Shown piece after piece: positions 20,909-34,534 of a DNA stretch of 64,000 nt. Source of the stretch: Bacillota bacterium (lineage in GTDB: Bacteria; Bacillota; Clostridia; Lachnospirales; Lachnospiraceae). The stretch is taken from the NCBI GenBank assembly GCA_023409835.1, contig JAEYQV010000132.1, forward strand, positions 8,330 through 72,329, in the 5' to 3' direction. How positions within the stretch are numbered: position 1 is the first letter of the stretch; every line of letters begins with the position of its first letter. A program made the position numbers and the translations under genes. The notes under the pieces are model-generated. The model was not told the origin of the DNA. It did not search any database and saw only the letters and a program-made list of their open reading frames with translations.

Positions 20909-22304
20909 AAGAATTGTAGAGTAGGTAATTATTCTTCCCTTGTTCCTTTACCCTGTATAATGCCTTGTCCGCATATTGAATCAGCTGTTCATAATTCTTC
21001 CCGTCCTCAGGATAGGAGGAAATGCCAATACTTCCAGAGATCGGTATGATTATCTCATTTTCACGATAAATGGTATCCAGGGCTTTTACTAAGGCATCCG
21101 CCTTACTCAGGATATCTTCCATGCTATTGATGCCTCCGGCAAATACAACAAATTCGTCCCCGCCGATTCTTCCAATGATTTCACCCTCGGTGAATATGGC
21201 CTTAATCCTTCCGATAACATAGATGAGTATCTTATCACCCAGCAAATGCCCATAATTATCATTGACCTTCTTAAAATCATCGAAGTCGATAAACATCAGA
21301 ATATGCTTACCGCTTCGGTTACCGTTGATGTATTTATCTATCTTCTTAATTGTAACCTCTTTATTATATACTCCGGTCAAAGGGTCTCTGGTAGCTTTAT
21401 ATTCCAGTGCTTCCAGCTCTCTCTTCTGGGTATCCACATTAACGATTTTTCCGATTACACGGATTGGGCATTTCTCGTCATCATAAATGGTTTTTCCCAT
21501 GGCCTGGCACCAGATATATTCGTTCATACGGTCCTTCATTCGGAATTCCGCTTCTATCATCCTTTTACCTTCCGATAATTCCTGACAAAACTCCAAATAA
21601 ATACCCCAGTCGTCCGGATGGATTATTTCCCTCCGTCCTTCACAGTCTTTATGAAAAAATGGAATGACCGGACTCCTTCCGAATAGATCTCTGAATTTAT
21701 CCGTATAAAATATCTCATCGGTTCTGATATGATATTCAAAGAGAACATCCTTCGACAGCTCTGAAGCTATACGGTAACGTTCTCCTTCTAAGAGGAGCAT
21801 CTCCTGCATCTGCTTCTGTTCCGATATATCAACAAAAACAGCGGATATGGTATGCTTCCCGTCTCTTCCCAGTACGCTGTTGCCATTTACCAGAGCATAT
21901 AGTATCTGGCCCGATTTAGTAATCATACGGACCTCAAAATTTAAGGTATCGCTGCCAAGCTGATCCTTTAACCCCAATAAGACTTCCATATCCTTTGGAT
22001 CAATAAAATCCAGGATACTTACTTTATTCTCTTCCCTGATCTCCTGCTTACTGTAGCCGAGAAGTTCGTAGAAGCCCCTGCTTGCATACAGAATTCTGCA
22101 GTTGTCTTCAAATATAAAATGAACCAGTCCGGCCCGTATGCTGTTCGTAATTTTATTTAATTCCAGCGCTGCTTTCGTAACCTTCTTTTCCTTTTCCAGT
22201 CTTAGGAATATGAAAATACCCATTCCAAATATACAGATGCATATAATGATGACCAAGGTAAAAAAGAAGAACGGTCTGCTCTGCAGGCATTCCATCAATG
22301 TCAT
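20901..22304 (-). CDS. Diguanylate cyclase (TM-PAS-PAS-GGDEF)
   Basis: RDPLTGVYN, DFDDFKKVNDNYGHLLGD, GRIGGDEF; two PAS-like segments. Confidence 0.92.
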   Translation of the reverse strand: MTLMECLQSRPFFFFTLVIIICICIFGMGIFIFLRLEKEKKVTKAALELNKITNSIRAGLVHFIFEDNCRILYASRGFYELLGYSKQEIREENKVSILDFIDPKDMEVLLGLKDQLGSDTLNFEVRMITKSGQILYALVNGNSVLGRDGKHTISAVFVDISEQKQMQEMLLLEGERYRIASELSKDVLFEYHIRTDEIFYTDKFRDLFGRSPVIPFFHKDCEGRREIIHPDDWGIYLEFCQELSEGKRMIEAEFRMKDRMNEYIWCQAMGKTIYDDEKCPIRVIGKIVNVDTQKRELEALEYKATRDPLTGVYNKEVTIKKIDKYINGNRSGKHILMFIDFDDFKKVNDNYGHLLGDKILIYVIGRIKAIFTEGEIIGRIGGDEFVVFAGGINSMEDILSKADALVKALDTIYRENEIIIPISGSIGISSYPEDGKNYEQLIQYADKALYRVKEQGKNNYLLYNSSI

Positions 22305-22377
22305 AATACTTCCCCCTATGACGTATTATTATTGATATAGCTCGTATGGAGCAATTCTGATTACTGCAAAGTATCTG

Positions 22378-23283
22378 TTATAAATCGTATGGAGTAACTT
22401 GGTAGACGTAATAATTCAGCCAATTCGTGTACATCGCATTTGCATGTGCACGCCAAACCAGATTTGGTCTTGATTCCGGCTGGTCTGATGGATAATAATT
22501 CTTTGGCAGATCTATCTCGAGCCCTTTGTTAATATCTCTCTTATATTCCTTATCCAATGAGATTCTGTCATATTCCGGATGTCCCATTACGAAAATCTGC
22601 TTTCCATCCTGTGCTATAACAATAAAAACTCCTGCCTCCTCGGATTCAGCCAGAATAGAAAGCTCCTCCTTCTGAAGAATATCCTCTCTGGAAACTGTCG
22701 TATATCTGGAATGCGGAGCATAAAATATGTCATCAAAGCCACGGACAAATGGCACCCTGCGTCTTAAAACCTTGTGCTCAAAGATACCGAACAGCTTCTT
22801 CTGCAAGGTCGTCTTCTGGATTCCGTAATGATAATACAAGCCGGCTTGTGCTCCCCAACAAATATGCAGAGTGGAGGTCACATTCGTCTTTGACCATTCC
22901 ATAATCTGCACCAGTTCCTGCCAGTATGTAACCTCCTCGAATTCCATAAGCTCTACCGGTGCCCCGGTTATAATCAGCCCGTCAAATTTCCGGTTCTTCA
23001 CATCCTCATAGGTAAGATAAAACTGATCCAAGTGGCTGGTCGGTGTATGAGTACCGATATAGGAGCCTGTCGTCAGAAAGGTGATATCCACCTGCAAGGG
23101 TGTATTGGACAGGCTTCGGAGCAGCTGAACCTCGGTATCCTCTTTTACCGGCATCAGATTTAAGATTGCAATCTGTAACGGACGGATATCCTGATGCATC
23201 GCTCTGGTTTCATCCATAATGAAAATGTTTTCATCTTCTAATATTCTTTTTGCTGGCAGATCACTTTGAATTTTAATGGGCAT
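22378..23283 (-). CDS. metA: Homoserine O-acyltransferase MetA (probably acetyltransferase, MetAA)
   Basis: ILNLMP, ITGAPVE, ICWGAQA, PHSR, GHPEY. Confidence 0.95.
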   Translation of the reverse strand: MPIKIQSDLPAKRILEDENIFIMDETRAMHQDIRPLQIAILNLMPVKEDTEVQLLRSLSNTPLQVDITFLTTGSYIGTHTPTSHLDQFYLTYEDVKNRKFDGLIITGAPVELMEFEEVTYWQELVQIMEWSKTNVTSTLHICWGAQAGLYYHYGIQKTTLQKKLFGIFEHKVLRRRVPFVRGFDDIFYAPHSRYTTVSREDILQKEELSILAESEEAGVFIVIAQDGKQIFVMGHPEYDRISLDKEYKRDINKGLEIDLPKNYYPSDQPESRPNLVWRAHANAMYTNWLNYYVYQVTPYDL

Positions 23284-23385
23284 CTGTTTTCTCCAACCTA
23301 AATTTTATTCATAGTAAAACTTATCATAACATGTAAGAAATAAGAAATCAACATTTATTCTCCGGCATATCCTGTGCAAACGCTT

Positions 23386-23423
23386 AAAACCGGATTGTCT
23401 GCCTATGGCAGCCAACCGCTAAT
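23386..23423 (+). repeat. Dispersed palindromic element, copy 2
   Basis: AAAACCGGATTGTCTGCCTATGGCAGCCAACCGCTAAT. Confidence 0.85.
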
Positions 23424-23442
23424 AAGTTTTGTGGATGCTTCC

Positions 23443-26225
<2,783 letters not shown>

Positions 26226-26494
26226 ATTCGTCCTGCCTTCCATCCGTATTTTGCCTGTTTTTACGATAAAATTATACTTGATTTCATATCGTTCGTCCAC
26301 TTGTTTTTATCCTTACCTATGCTGCAAATCTCATAGGAGACCCTGCAAAGTAACAGATCGTTGCCTTCTCCGCATGATAAAGAAGCTGCTGCCTCAGTTC
26401 AATGGTCCGAAGCAGCAGCTTTTATACAGTTCTACATTATTGGAAGGTCTCATCCCTTTTTCAAAATCACAAGCGTCATGTTCTGATTCACGTA

Positions 26495-26929
26495 TTACAG
26501 ATATTTTTTCATGACCTCGATATTATTTTCTTCTTTCTTAATAAAATCCTTCACGATCTGGACGCTGGCGCCATCCGCATCGGTCTTATCATGAAGAAGC
26601 TTCGTCATCTGAGTTACTCCCATGGTACTGCCCTTCATTACCATCTCCGCTATCCGGCTGTCCGTGGGCTCCATCCAGATATTCATCTTAATGTTTCCCT
26701 TCATCATTGCTCTGTCATATAAGGGTTTCTCCTTCACCACTGCCCCGTTTGTTGTGAGCTGTTCTCTGGTTGAATCCGCTATCTGGCGATAATCCTTCAG
26801 CTGGTTGTTTAAATCATTGATCAAATCCTTATTTTTAGCTTTATCCAGCACCTCTTCAATCGCCGTTATGCCAATGCTTGCATTCTGATATGTCTTTTCA
26901 AGTAAATCCAGATCAATATTACCAATCAT
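26495..26929 (-). CDS. Conserved hypothetical helical protein
   Basis: AAGGAG RBS before MIGNIDL; all-helical character; sigma-G-like promoter upstream. Confidence 0.75.
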   Translation of the reverse strand: MIGNIDLDLLEKTYQNASIGITAIEEVLDKAKNKDLINDLNNQLKDYRQIADSTREQLTTNGAVVKEKPLYDRAMMKGNIKMNIWMEPTDSRIAEMVMKGSTMGVTQMTKLLHDKTDADGASVQIVKDFIKKEENNIEVMKKYL

Positions 26930-26936
26930 AAAAAAC

Positions 26937-26989
26937 ACTCCTTATACTATTTAGTTCAATTAGTATAAGGAGTTTATAATTTATTATTC
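26937..26989 (-). promoter_or_regulatory. Terminator hairpin overlapping a sigma-G-like promoter and the next gene's RBS
   Basis: 13-bp IR ACTCCTTATACTA/TAGTATAAGGAGT followed by a T-run on -; GAATA(26989-26985)-N17-TATACTA(26967-26961). Confidence 0.6.
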
Positions 26990-27805
26990 CTGTGAGTCGC
27001 CCTGATCCTTCGGAGTCTCTGTCTGGGACGCTTCCTTCTTGTCCTTTGAATCGTTATTCGCCAATTTATCCAGTCCGGTCCAGAAAATCATAAGATCCTC
27101 ATCACTTTCCTTCGCTTTATCTCCCTTTTCATCTGTCTCAATGATGAGCTTCTGTACATCCTCATCATTGTTTCTCTCATTAAAGTATTCTTTCAGTTCC
27201 GGATCCATCTCTCCGGAGAATATCTTAAGATTTCCCTCGCTATCGGTTATTACGTATAATTTGGCAAGGCTGGGTGCAAGTGTATTGATACTGGCAAACT
27301 TAATATCACTATATACGTAGACGATATAGGTTCCTTCCAAATAGCCCTTCTTGGAATAGCTCTTAATATTACGATATTCTTCAATATATTTTACTTTACT
27401 TTCCAGCGTTTCCTTGGATTCAGCCTTGGTGGGATCACTGTATAGGCTCTCTAGCTTACTGGTGTCACTGATTGCTTTCGCAGCATAATAATCCTCGAAC
27501 AGTGCGTCCATCTTCTTATTCTCTTCCAACTCATAGACCGGAAGCGGAGTGGGGGTAGGAAGGGGAGTCGGTGCTGCTGTCGGTGTCGGCGATAATGTGG
27601 GCTCAGCTGATGTATCCTCAATACTGGCGGATAGTGCAGCAACATCCCCGCTATCGCTTAATAGCTCCATAGATTCCTGCTTAGCTTCCGGATTAAGACT
27701 CTCCTGGGCTCTCGGTTTATCATGACTTATAGAAAGAGTTAACAACCCAATGCCCATTGTGCTCATTGTAGTTAACAATATAATTTTCTTATATTTTAGC
27801 TTCAT
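26984..27805 (-). CDS. Membrane-anchored hypothetical protein with Pro/Thr linker
   Basis: N-terminal TM, PTPTAAPTPLPTPTP linker, acidic globular domain; AAGGAG RBS before MKLKYKK. Confidence 0.75.
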   Translation of the reverse strand: MKLKYKKIILLTTMSTMGIGLLTLSISHDKPRAQESLNPEAKQESMELLSDSGDVAALSASIEDTSAEPTLSPTPTAAPTPLPTPTPLPVYELEENKKMDALFEDYYAAKAISDTSKLESLYSDPTKAESKETLESKVKYIEEYRNIKSYSKKGYLEGTYIVYVYSDIKFASINTLAPSLAKLYVITDSEGNLKIFSGEMDPELKEYFNERNNDEDVQKLIIETDEKGDKAKESDEDLMIFWTGLDKLANNDSKDKKEASQTETPKDQGDSQE

Positions 27806-28082
27806 AATAACTCCTTGTGTGCATATTCTACAGAATGTCAATAGTATAATAGCAGAAAAACATCATAAAGTCAACCACTGGATTTAATTTTTATGTAATA
27901 AAATTTAATATTTCTGTAATAATTCGCCTTTCCATGACCTTTTCCGAGCAGGCTTCCCTTGACTTCCGGCTCAACCTTCCCGGTAATTATGTAAAAATTT
28001 CAGGAAACATTCTTTACTTTATCCCTCGATTAGTATATAATAGCATAGTCCGAGAAAACCTATCCAAGGATATGGTTTCACT

Positions 28083-28155
28083 GCACCTGTAGCTCAGTGG
28101 ATAGAGCGTTCGCCTCCGGAGCGAAAGGCCGCCGGTTCAAATCCAGTCAGGTGCA
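28083..28155 (+). tRNA. tRNA-Arg(CCG)
   Basis: Acceptor GCACCTG/CAGGTGC, D arm GCTC/GAGC, anticodon arm TTCGC-CTCCGGA-GCGAA, T loop TTCAAAT. CCA is not encoded. Promoter TTTACT-N17-TATAAT at 28013-28041. Confidence 0.95.
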
Positions 28156-28287
28156 TTTTTTATGTGCTTTTTCCCTTATTATCTCTTCTATTATAACAAG
28201 TCTATCAAGTCACGTTCCTCCAGTCAGCTGAATATATTATAAAGATGAATTGGTGGGATGATGACCTGTCATTATTCAGGTGGTATT

Positions 28288-28533
28288 ATGAATTCTTGTG
28301 ATCTGGTTGCAACCGTCACTGCTATTGCATGTGCGATCGCAAAATGCTTACCGAAAGAAGAACTCGAATTATTAACTGTAGTATTAACCCAGCTAGCAGA
28401 CACCTTGGCAACGATAGCCGTACAGGAGGAAATCTGTAACAGCAAAGCTGAGGCCGCCTCCACAGCCGCAGCACCGACTGATGCTGCTGTTATAGTTGAA
28501 AGCAATCCCTCCGTCCCCTCAGGTAGTATATGA
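28288..28533 (+). CDS. Small hypothetical protein (DUF6774-like)
   Basis: MNSCDLVATVTAIACAIA...LTQLADTLATI pattern recognised from clostridial small proteins; AGGTGG RBS. Confidence 0.65.
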   Translation: MNSCDLVATVTAIACAIAKCLPKEELELLTVVLTQLADTLATIAVQEEICNSKAEAASTAAAPTDAAVIVESNPSVPSGSI

Positions 28534-28559
28534 TAAATCAATTTACATTCCACTAAAAC

Positions 28560-28592
28560 AAAAGCCCGGTGCTCATTACACCGGGCTTTTTT
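28560..28592. terminator. Bidirectional intrinsic terminator
   Basis: AAAGCCCGGTG-N7-CACCGGGCTTTTTT between convergent genes. Confidence 0.85.
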
Positions 28593-28657
28593 ATTAACAA
28601 GTGAAACGATTTAACGTTTGATCTTGTTTCATGGTATTGCTACCATAACATTGCTAA

Positions 28658-31600
28658 TTATTCACTCTTCTCGTAAAGAGACACCAGCTTCTGAAGATGT
28701 GCATACTTCTGCATCGCATTCTTCTCGGCATTTGTGAATAGCTCTTCTGCTCTCTCAGGGTTCTGACGGATGAGTGCACTGTAACGTACCTCATTCTTTA
28801 AGAAGTCCTGATAGCTTGCGGTAGGAGCCTTGCTGTCTAATGTGAACGGGTTCTTACCATCTTCTGCAAGACGAGGATCAAAGCGGAACATATTCCAGTA
28901 ACCGGATGCTACCGCATTCTTCTCTTCTGTCTGAGCAGTTGACATACCACCCTTAATACCATGGTTGATACAAGGAGCATATGCGATGATGATGGAAGGT
29001 CCGTTGTAGCTCTCTGCTTCAACAATCGCCTTGATTGTCTGGTTGTAATCAGCACCCATAGCGATCTGTGCTACATATACATAACCATAGCTCATAGCTA
29101 TCTGAGCCAGATCCTTCTTCTTCACTTCCTTACCAGCTGCAGCAAACTGTGCGATTGCTCCGGTAGGAGTTGCTTTAGAGGACTGTCCGCCGGTGTTGGA
29201 GTAAACCTCGGTATCGAATACGAAGATGTTGACATCCTGGCCACTGGCAAGAACATGATCCAGACCGCCGAAGCCGATATCATATGCCCAACCGTCACCA
29301 CCGAAGATCCACTGTGACTTCTTGGACAGGAAATCCTTATCCTTCAGAATATCTTTGCCTTCTGCACAACCGCATGCCTCAATTGCTCTAACTAATGCAC
29401 TGGTAGCACCGGCATTCTCACGGCCGTTAGTATAGGTTTCCAGATATCTTTCTGCTGCTGCCTTAACCTCGCTATTTCCGGTTGTAGCTGCAAGAGCTTC
29501 AATCTTACCCTTTACTCTGTCTCTTAAGGTTTGCTGAGCCAGCATCATACCATAGCCGTATTCAGCGTTATCCTCAAATAAGGAGTTTGCCCAAGCGGGA
29601 CCCTTACCTTCTTTGTTAACAGTGTAAGGTGTGGAAGGCATGGAACCACCCCAGATAGAGGAACAACCCGTAGCATTGGCGATGAACATTCTGTCACCGA
29701 ATAACTGTGTTACAAGCTTAGCATAAGGTGTCTCACCGCAACCTGCACATGCGCCGGAGAACTCGAGTAACGGCTGGCTAAACTGGCTGCCCTTAACGGT
29801 GATATCCTTGAATTTCTCGCTTACTTCTGGTTTATTCTCTAAGGTCAAACCATAATCGAAGGATTTCTGCTCCTCAAGGTTTTCCTCCAGAGGTCTCATT
29901 ACAAGAGCCTTAGCTCCCTTCTTACCGGGACATACATTAGCACAGGAGCCGCAGCCTAAGCAGTCAAGTGCGGATACGGTCATAGCAAATTCCATACCTG
30001 CGAGACCTGTCATAGCAGTCTTCTTCATTCCTGCAGGAGCCTTAGCAGCTTCTTCAGCATTCATAGCTATCGGACGAATTACTGCATGAGGACATACATA
30101 GGAACAGAAGTTACACTGAATACAATTCTCAGGATTCCACTGAGGAACGTCAACTGCAACACCACGCTTCTCAAATGCGGAAGAGCCCTGAGGAAGAGTA
30201 CCATCTGCGTTTTCAACGAATGCAGATACCGGTAACTCATTACCCTGCTGTGCGTTAACCGGTGCAAGGATGTTATTTACAAAGTCTACGACATCCTTTC
30301 TATCGCCAGATACCTTCGTATGAAGCTCAACGTCACCGGCATTCTTCCAGCTTTCCGGAACCTGGATTTCCTTCAGTCCGGTAAGACCACGGTCGATAGC
30401 GTCATGGTTCATCTTAACAACAGCCTCACCCTTCTTACCATAAGAAGCGGTTGCTGCATCCTTCATATATTTTACTGCTTCATCAATCGGAATAATGTTA
30501 GCCAGTTTGAAGAAAGCTGCCTGCAGAACGGTATTGATACGTCCGCCTAAGCCTAATTCCTTACCAATGCTGATACCGTCAATGGTATAGAACTTAATAT
30601 TATGTTCTGCCATATAACGCTTTACCTGTCCAGGGAAATGCTGCTCGATCTCTTCCATGTTCCAACCGCAGTTTAAGAGGAAGGTACCGCCATCCTTTAA
30701 TTCCTGAACCATGTTGTACTTGTTCATGTAGGAAGGATTGTGGCAGGCAACAAAATCCGCTTCTGTGATCAGGTAGGTGGACTTGATCGGCTTCTTACCA
30801 AATCTTAAGTGGGACATGGTAACACCGCCGGACTTCTTGGAATCATAGTCAAAATATGCCTGAGCATACATGTTGGTGTGGTCACCGATGATCTTGATGG
30901 AGTTCTTGTTAGCACCTACAGTACCGTCAGCACCAAGACCCCAGAACTTACAGTTGATGGTTCCTTCCGGAGTTGTATTCGGAGCTGCCTCCAGAGGAAG
31001 AGATAAGTTAGTAACATCATCCTTGATACCGATGGTGAAGGTCTTCTTCTCGGTATTCTTATAAACTGCGATAATCTGTGCAGGAGTTGTATTCTTGGAG
31101 CCTAAACCATAACGGCCGTTATAAACGGGAATATCACCAAACTTAGAGTCTTTAAGAGCTGCAACAACATCCAGGTATAAAGGCTCACCAAGAGCACCGG
31201 GCTCCTTGGTTCTGTCAAGTACGGTAATCTTCTTAACAGTTGCAGGAATAGCCTCCAGCAGACGATCTGCTCTGAATGGACGGTACAGACGTACCTTAAC
31301 AAGACCAACCTTCTGACCCTTAGCATTCAGGTAATCAATGGTCTCTTCGATGGTATCGTTAACGGAACCCATAGCTATGATAACCTGCTCAGCATCTTCA
31401 GCGCCGTAGTAGTTGAACAGCTTGTAGTTGGTACCGATCTTCTTGTTAACCATATCCATATATTCTTCTACAATGCCGGGAACTGCATCATAGTATGTAT
31501 TGCATGCTTCTCTTGCCTGGAAGAAAACGTCCGGGTTCTGTGCGGAACCTCTGAGAACCGGATGCTCAGGACTTAAGGAACGACGACGGAATGCATCCAC

Positions 31601-32197
31601 TGCATCCATGTCAACCATTTCCTTCAGGTCTTCATAATCCCATGTCTCAATCTTCTGGATCTCATGAGAGGTTCTGAAGCCATCAAAGAAATGCAGGAAA
31701 GGAACTCTTCCTTTGATTGCTGCCAGGTGTGCTACTGCGCCCAGGTCCATAACTTCTTGCGGGTTGGTGCTTGCAAGCAGTGCGAAGCCTGTCTGGCGGC
31801 ATGCATAAATATCAGAATGATCACCAAAGATGGATAAAGCGTGGCTGGCCAGAGCACGAGCTGATACGTGAATAACACCCGGAAGTAACTCACCTGCCAT
31901 CTTATACATATTGGGGATCATTAGTAACAAACCTTGTGATGCAGTAAATGTAGTTGTTAAAGCACCTGCTGCTAAAGAACCGTGAACGGTACCAGCTGCA
32001 CCTGCTTCAGACTGCATCTCAACAACCTTAACCTCTTGACCAAAGATATTCTTTCTGCCCTCAGCTGACCATTTATCGGTCACCTCGGCCATAACAGAGC
32101 TAGGTGTAATAGGATAGATTGCTGCAACATCGGTAAATGCATAAGACACATGTCCGGCTGCATTATTACCATCCATCGTTTTCATTTTCCTTGCCAT
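28658..32197 (-). CDS. nifJ: Pyruvate:ferredoxin (flavodoxin) oxidoreductase
   Basis: MDGNNAA, YPITPS, EMQSEAGAAG, two CxxCxxCxxxCP motifs, ACAGCGETPY, GGDGWAYDIG. Confidence 0.97.
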   Translation of the reverse strand: MARKMKTMDGNNAAGHVSYAFTDVAAIYPITPSSVMAEVTDKWSAEGRKNIFGQEVKVVEMQSEAGAAGTVHGSLAAGALTTTFTASQGLLLMIPNMYKMAGELLPGVIHVSARALASHALSIFGDHSDIYACRQTGFALLASTNPQEVMDLGAVAHLAAIKGRVPFLHFFDGFRTSHEIQKIETWDYEDLKEMVDMDAVDAFRRRSLSPEHPVLRGSAQNPDVFFQAREACNTYYDAVPGIVEEYMDMVNKKIGTNYKLFNYYGAEDAEQVIIAMGSVNDTIEETIDYLNAKGQKVGLVKVRLYRPFRADRLLEAIPATVKKITVLDRTKEPGALGEPLYLDVVAALKDSKFGDIPVYNGRYGLGSKNTTPAQIIAVYKNTEKKTFTIGIKDDVTNLSLPLEAAPNTTPEGTINCKFWGLGADGTVGANKNSIKIIGDHTNMYAQAYFDYDSKKSGGVTMSHLRFGKKPIKSTYLITEADFVACHNPSYMNKYNMVQELKDGGTFLLNCGWNMEEIEQHFPGQVKRYMAEHNIKFYTIDGISIGKELGLGGRINTVLQAAFFKLANIIPIDEAVKYMKDAATASYGKKGEAVVKMNHDAIDRGLTGLKEIQVPESWKNAGDVELHTKVSGDRKDVVDFVNNILAPVNAQQGNELPVSAFVENADGTLPQGSSAFEKRGVAVDVPQWNPENCIQCNFCSYVCPHAVIRPIAMNAEEAAKAPAGMKKTAMTGLAGMEFAMTVSALDCLGCGSCANVCPGKKGAKALVMRPLEENLEEQKSFDYGLTLENKPEVSEKFKDITVKGSQFSQPLLEFSGACAGCGETPYAKLVTQLFGDRMFIANATGCSSIWGGSMPSTPYTVNKEGKGPAWANSLFEDNAEYGYGMMLAQQTLRDRVKGKIEALAATTGNSEVKAAAERYLETYTNGRENAGATSALVRAIEACGCAEGKDILKDKDFLSKKSQWIFGGDGWAYDIGFGGLDHVLASGQDVNIFVFDTEVYSNTGGQSSKATPTGAIAQFAAAGKEVKKKDLAQIAMSYGYVYVAQIAMGADYNQTIKAIVEAESYNGPSIIIAYAPCINHGIKGGMSTAQTEEKNAVASGYWNMFRFDPRLAEDGKNPFTLDSKAPTASYQDFLKNEVRYSALIRQNPERAEELFTNAEKNAMQKYAHLQKLVSLYEKSE

Positions 32198-32433
32198 TGA
32201 AATGTCCTCCTTAAATTTGAACACTTATACCAAATATTAATTTTGGTATGACTCAATTTATGTTTTTATTCGTCGATTCATTATTATAACACATCATCTA
32301 AAATTATGAAACAAAAAAAATATATAACATTATAAGATTCTTAAATATCATACTTAGTAAAACTGTATATAACAGGAAAAACGGCCGACAGACCGCGGCT
32401 CAATCCGGCGAGGGGCTGTTTTGATATAAAGCG

Positions 32434-32478
32434 AAGGGGCTGTCATAAACACAGCTCACGCTGTTTATGACAGCCCTT
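32434..32478 (-). terminator. Stem-loop after the DUF5688-like gene
   Basis: AAGGGGCTGTCATAAACA...TGTTTATGACAGCCCTT. Confidence 0.65.
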
Positions 32479-32515
32479 CCTAAGGAGTAGCAGGGTACAT
32501 GCAGAAGCTGATTGC

Positions 32516-33472
32516 TTACAGCATTATTTGATCTGTATCTCTGGAATAGAAATATACATGGTCGGATAAAACCTCCTCCGCAGCGACCTGGGTGCTGTTG
32601 ACATCCTCTACCATTTTAGTAAGAGTTTCCTTATTCATACTATCCTCTTGGGGAATTAAGATGATTTCATGGATACTGCTGGGAAGAATATAAAGATCGG
32701 AGTGAACTCGGTTGGCAAATTGTCGGATAACATTCTTATATAACAGACAGGAGGCACCGTTAATTCCTTTCTGATTCGTAAGGATATACATCCTTGGCCG
32801 GTTGGTAAACCCACTGTCGGGGAACAAGGGAAGCTCCATCGGTATACTGCTGATGGAAGCATCCTGAGCTGTCTCGGACAGAAATCCCGACAGAACCTCC
32901 TCCATGCTTTTGATGGAGGCGGGAAACAGTCTTTCGGTATTCTGGGCTGCCAGCTGAAGCAGCTCCTCCAGCGTAATCTGCCATAGCTTCAGGTGCTCAT
33001 TTGTAACACGTATCGTACCGATCCCCTCAGCATCATCGCGAACCAGACAATGAAAGGTAACAGCCAAGTCCAGATAGCAGCTATGAGGAATGTCTGCGAG
33101 TAGCTTTCTGTTTTTCTCAAAGCTTACGATACGAAAGAAAATATATGATTTCATCTGCTCAAAGGTATACGAGAAATTCTGATCCATTACAGGAACTGTA
33201 CAATGACTGCAGACATTGCACAATCGATCGACTATATCGATGATATCCGCTCCTTCCAGATATGCTTCATAGTAAGGCGGCAGATAGATGTTCGGAGCAA
33301 TGTTTTCGCCCTTCTTTAATACAACCAGACTATCCAGCTCCAGGGAATTGTTCTTAGTAACCTTATAGATTCGTATATCGAACCCCTCCCCCAGTTTATT
33401 CCTGACAATCTGCTTTACTGTACTGACAAACAAGTCATAATCCATTGTTTCTTCCTTCAATGCCTGCAGCAT
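32516..33472 (-). CDS. DUF5688-family protein
   Basis: KVTKNN, DLAVTF, MYILTN..GINGA, YILPSSIHEII, VLSDHVYFY pattern. Confidence 0.8.
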   Translation of the reverse strand: MLQALKEETMDYDLFVSTVKQIVRNKLGEGFDIRIYKVTKNNSLELDSLVVLKKGENIAPNIYLPPYYEAYLEGADIIDIVDRLCNVCSHCTVPVMDQNFSYTFEQMKSYIFFRIVSFEKNRKLLADIPHSCYLDLAVTFHCLVRDDAEGIGTIRVTNEHLKLWQITLEELLQLAAQNTERLFPASIKSMEEVLSGFLSETAQDASISSIPMELPLFPDSGFTNRPRMYILTNQKGINGASCLLYKNVIRQFANRVHSDLYILPSSIHEIILIPQEDSMNKETLTKMVEDVNSTQVAAEEVLSDHVYFYSRDTDQIML

Positions 33473-33746
33473 GAATGTGATTCCTCCTTATTGTAATTAT
33501 TCCGGAATACCACAAGAACTGATAGCTATGCCCGGTATCCGGTTTGTTGATTGGGGATTAATTGCTTCGAAGTGTAATAAGAAAAAATGAAAAGCATCAA
33601 TGATCCGTTGAAGACGGATGAAGTAGAATATGCTTACCGGTTGATCCGATTAAGCTTCTTTTGATTTAGAATTATTTTAACAAAAAAGCCTGCACAACGC
33701 AAGCAATTTATTACATATTTTTACATGAATTTATTCATTTTTTTTG

Positions 33747-34493
33747 TTATTTATGACGAAGTTGATCCGAGCTGATTGCAATCAATACCTGGGAAGGGGC
33801 ATAGAAGGTCCACATCAGGATGGAGGCTAAGGAGACTAGGATTTCAGAAGTCCTTCCTGTGATTGTAATAAATCCCGAGAGATTGAATAATCCCACATTG
33901 ATGTCGCACAACAGGAACATAACCAGCCCGACCGCAAAGATAATTTTATTCTTATCCTTTGGCAAATGCCAGGCCGCATGGATGGCATGGATCACATTAT
34001 AGACGAGACCTACAAAATAAATAACCGTAACGGTTAACAGCCCATCCCGGATCACTCCAAGCCAGCCGAGCAAAATAAATATAATGATAGCAATAGCAAA
34101 CTGGAGGGCAGCTCGAAGCAATAAGGAAGACAGAAAGCCCTCCTTCTCCGGAATGCCTTTGCTTCTATTTCCGCTTCCCTTCAGCCGTATTCCATACAGC
34201 TGTTGAACGATAACAAAGGAAATAACACCAAGTATATAGTAATCAGCCGGTAGAAACAAAATAATGAAATCAGAAACCAACGTAAAGAAGAGGGCGGCAC
34301 GAACCAGGAATAAATCCCTACTTTTGCTGCCCTCTCTATGAAACACTACATAACACAAACATAGGATAATTGCACTGAATTTTATTTTGGTGGACAGGCT
34401 GTTGTAGCCTCCCGATAAATCCAGTCCTAAAAAAACCACATATAGTACAAACTGTATTATAAGAAATAGATATAACCGGCTGACTCTCTTCAT
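33747..34493 (-). CDS. YhhN/lysoplasmalogenase-like membrane protein
   Basis: Multi-TM; TLVSD, FLLCDINV and FYAPSQ motifs. Confidence 0.65.
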   Translation of the reverse strand: MKRVSRLYLFLIIQFVLYVVFLGLDLSGGYNSLSTKIKFSAIILCLCYVVFHREGSKSRDLFLVRAALFFTLVSDFIILFLPADYYILGVISFVIVQQLYGIRLKGSGNRSKGIPEKEGFLSSLLLRAALQFAIAIIIFILLGWLGVIRDGLLTVTVIYFVGLVYNVIHAIHAAWHLPKDKNKIIFAVGLVMFLLCDINVGLFNLSGFITITGRTSEILVSLASILMWTFYAPSQVLIAISSDQLRHK

Positions 34494-34534
34494 AGCTTCC
34501 TCCAAGTCTGCCAATGAACGTTTGCCTTGATATA

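Noticed and set aside
23284..23385. SAM riboswitch or T-box upstream of metA
   Set aside because: The region is short and AT-rich and shows no S-box or T-box consensus.
28156..28560. Genomic island at tRNA-Arg
   Set aside because: No integrase, att duplication or compositional shift seen.
32380..32410. Possible fifth copy of the dispersed repeat
   Set aside because: Shares only CCGGATTG on the minus strand; too weak.
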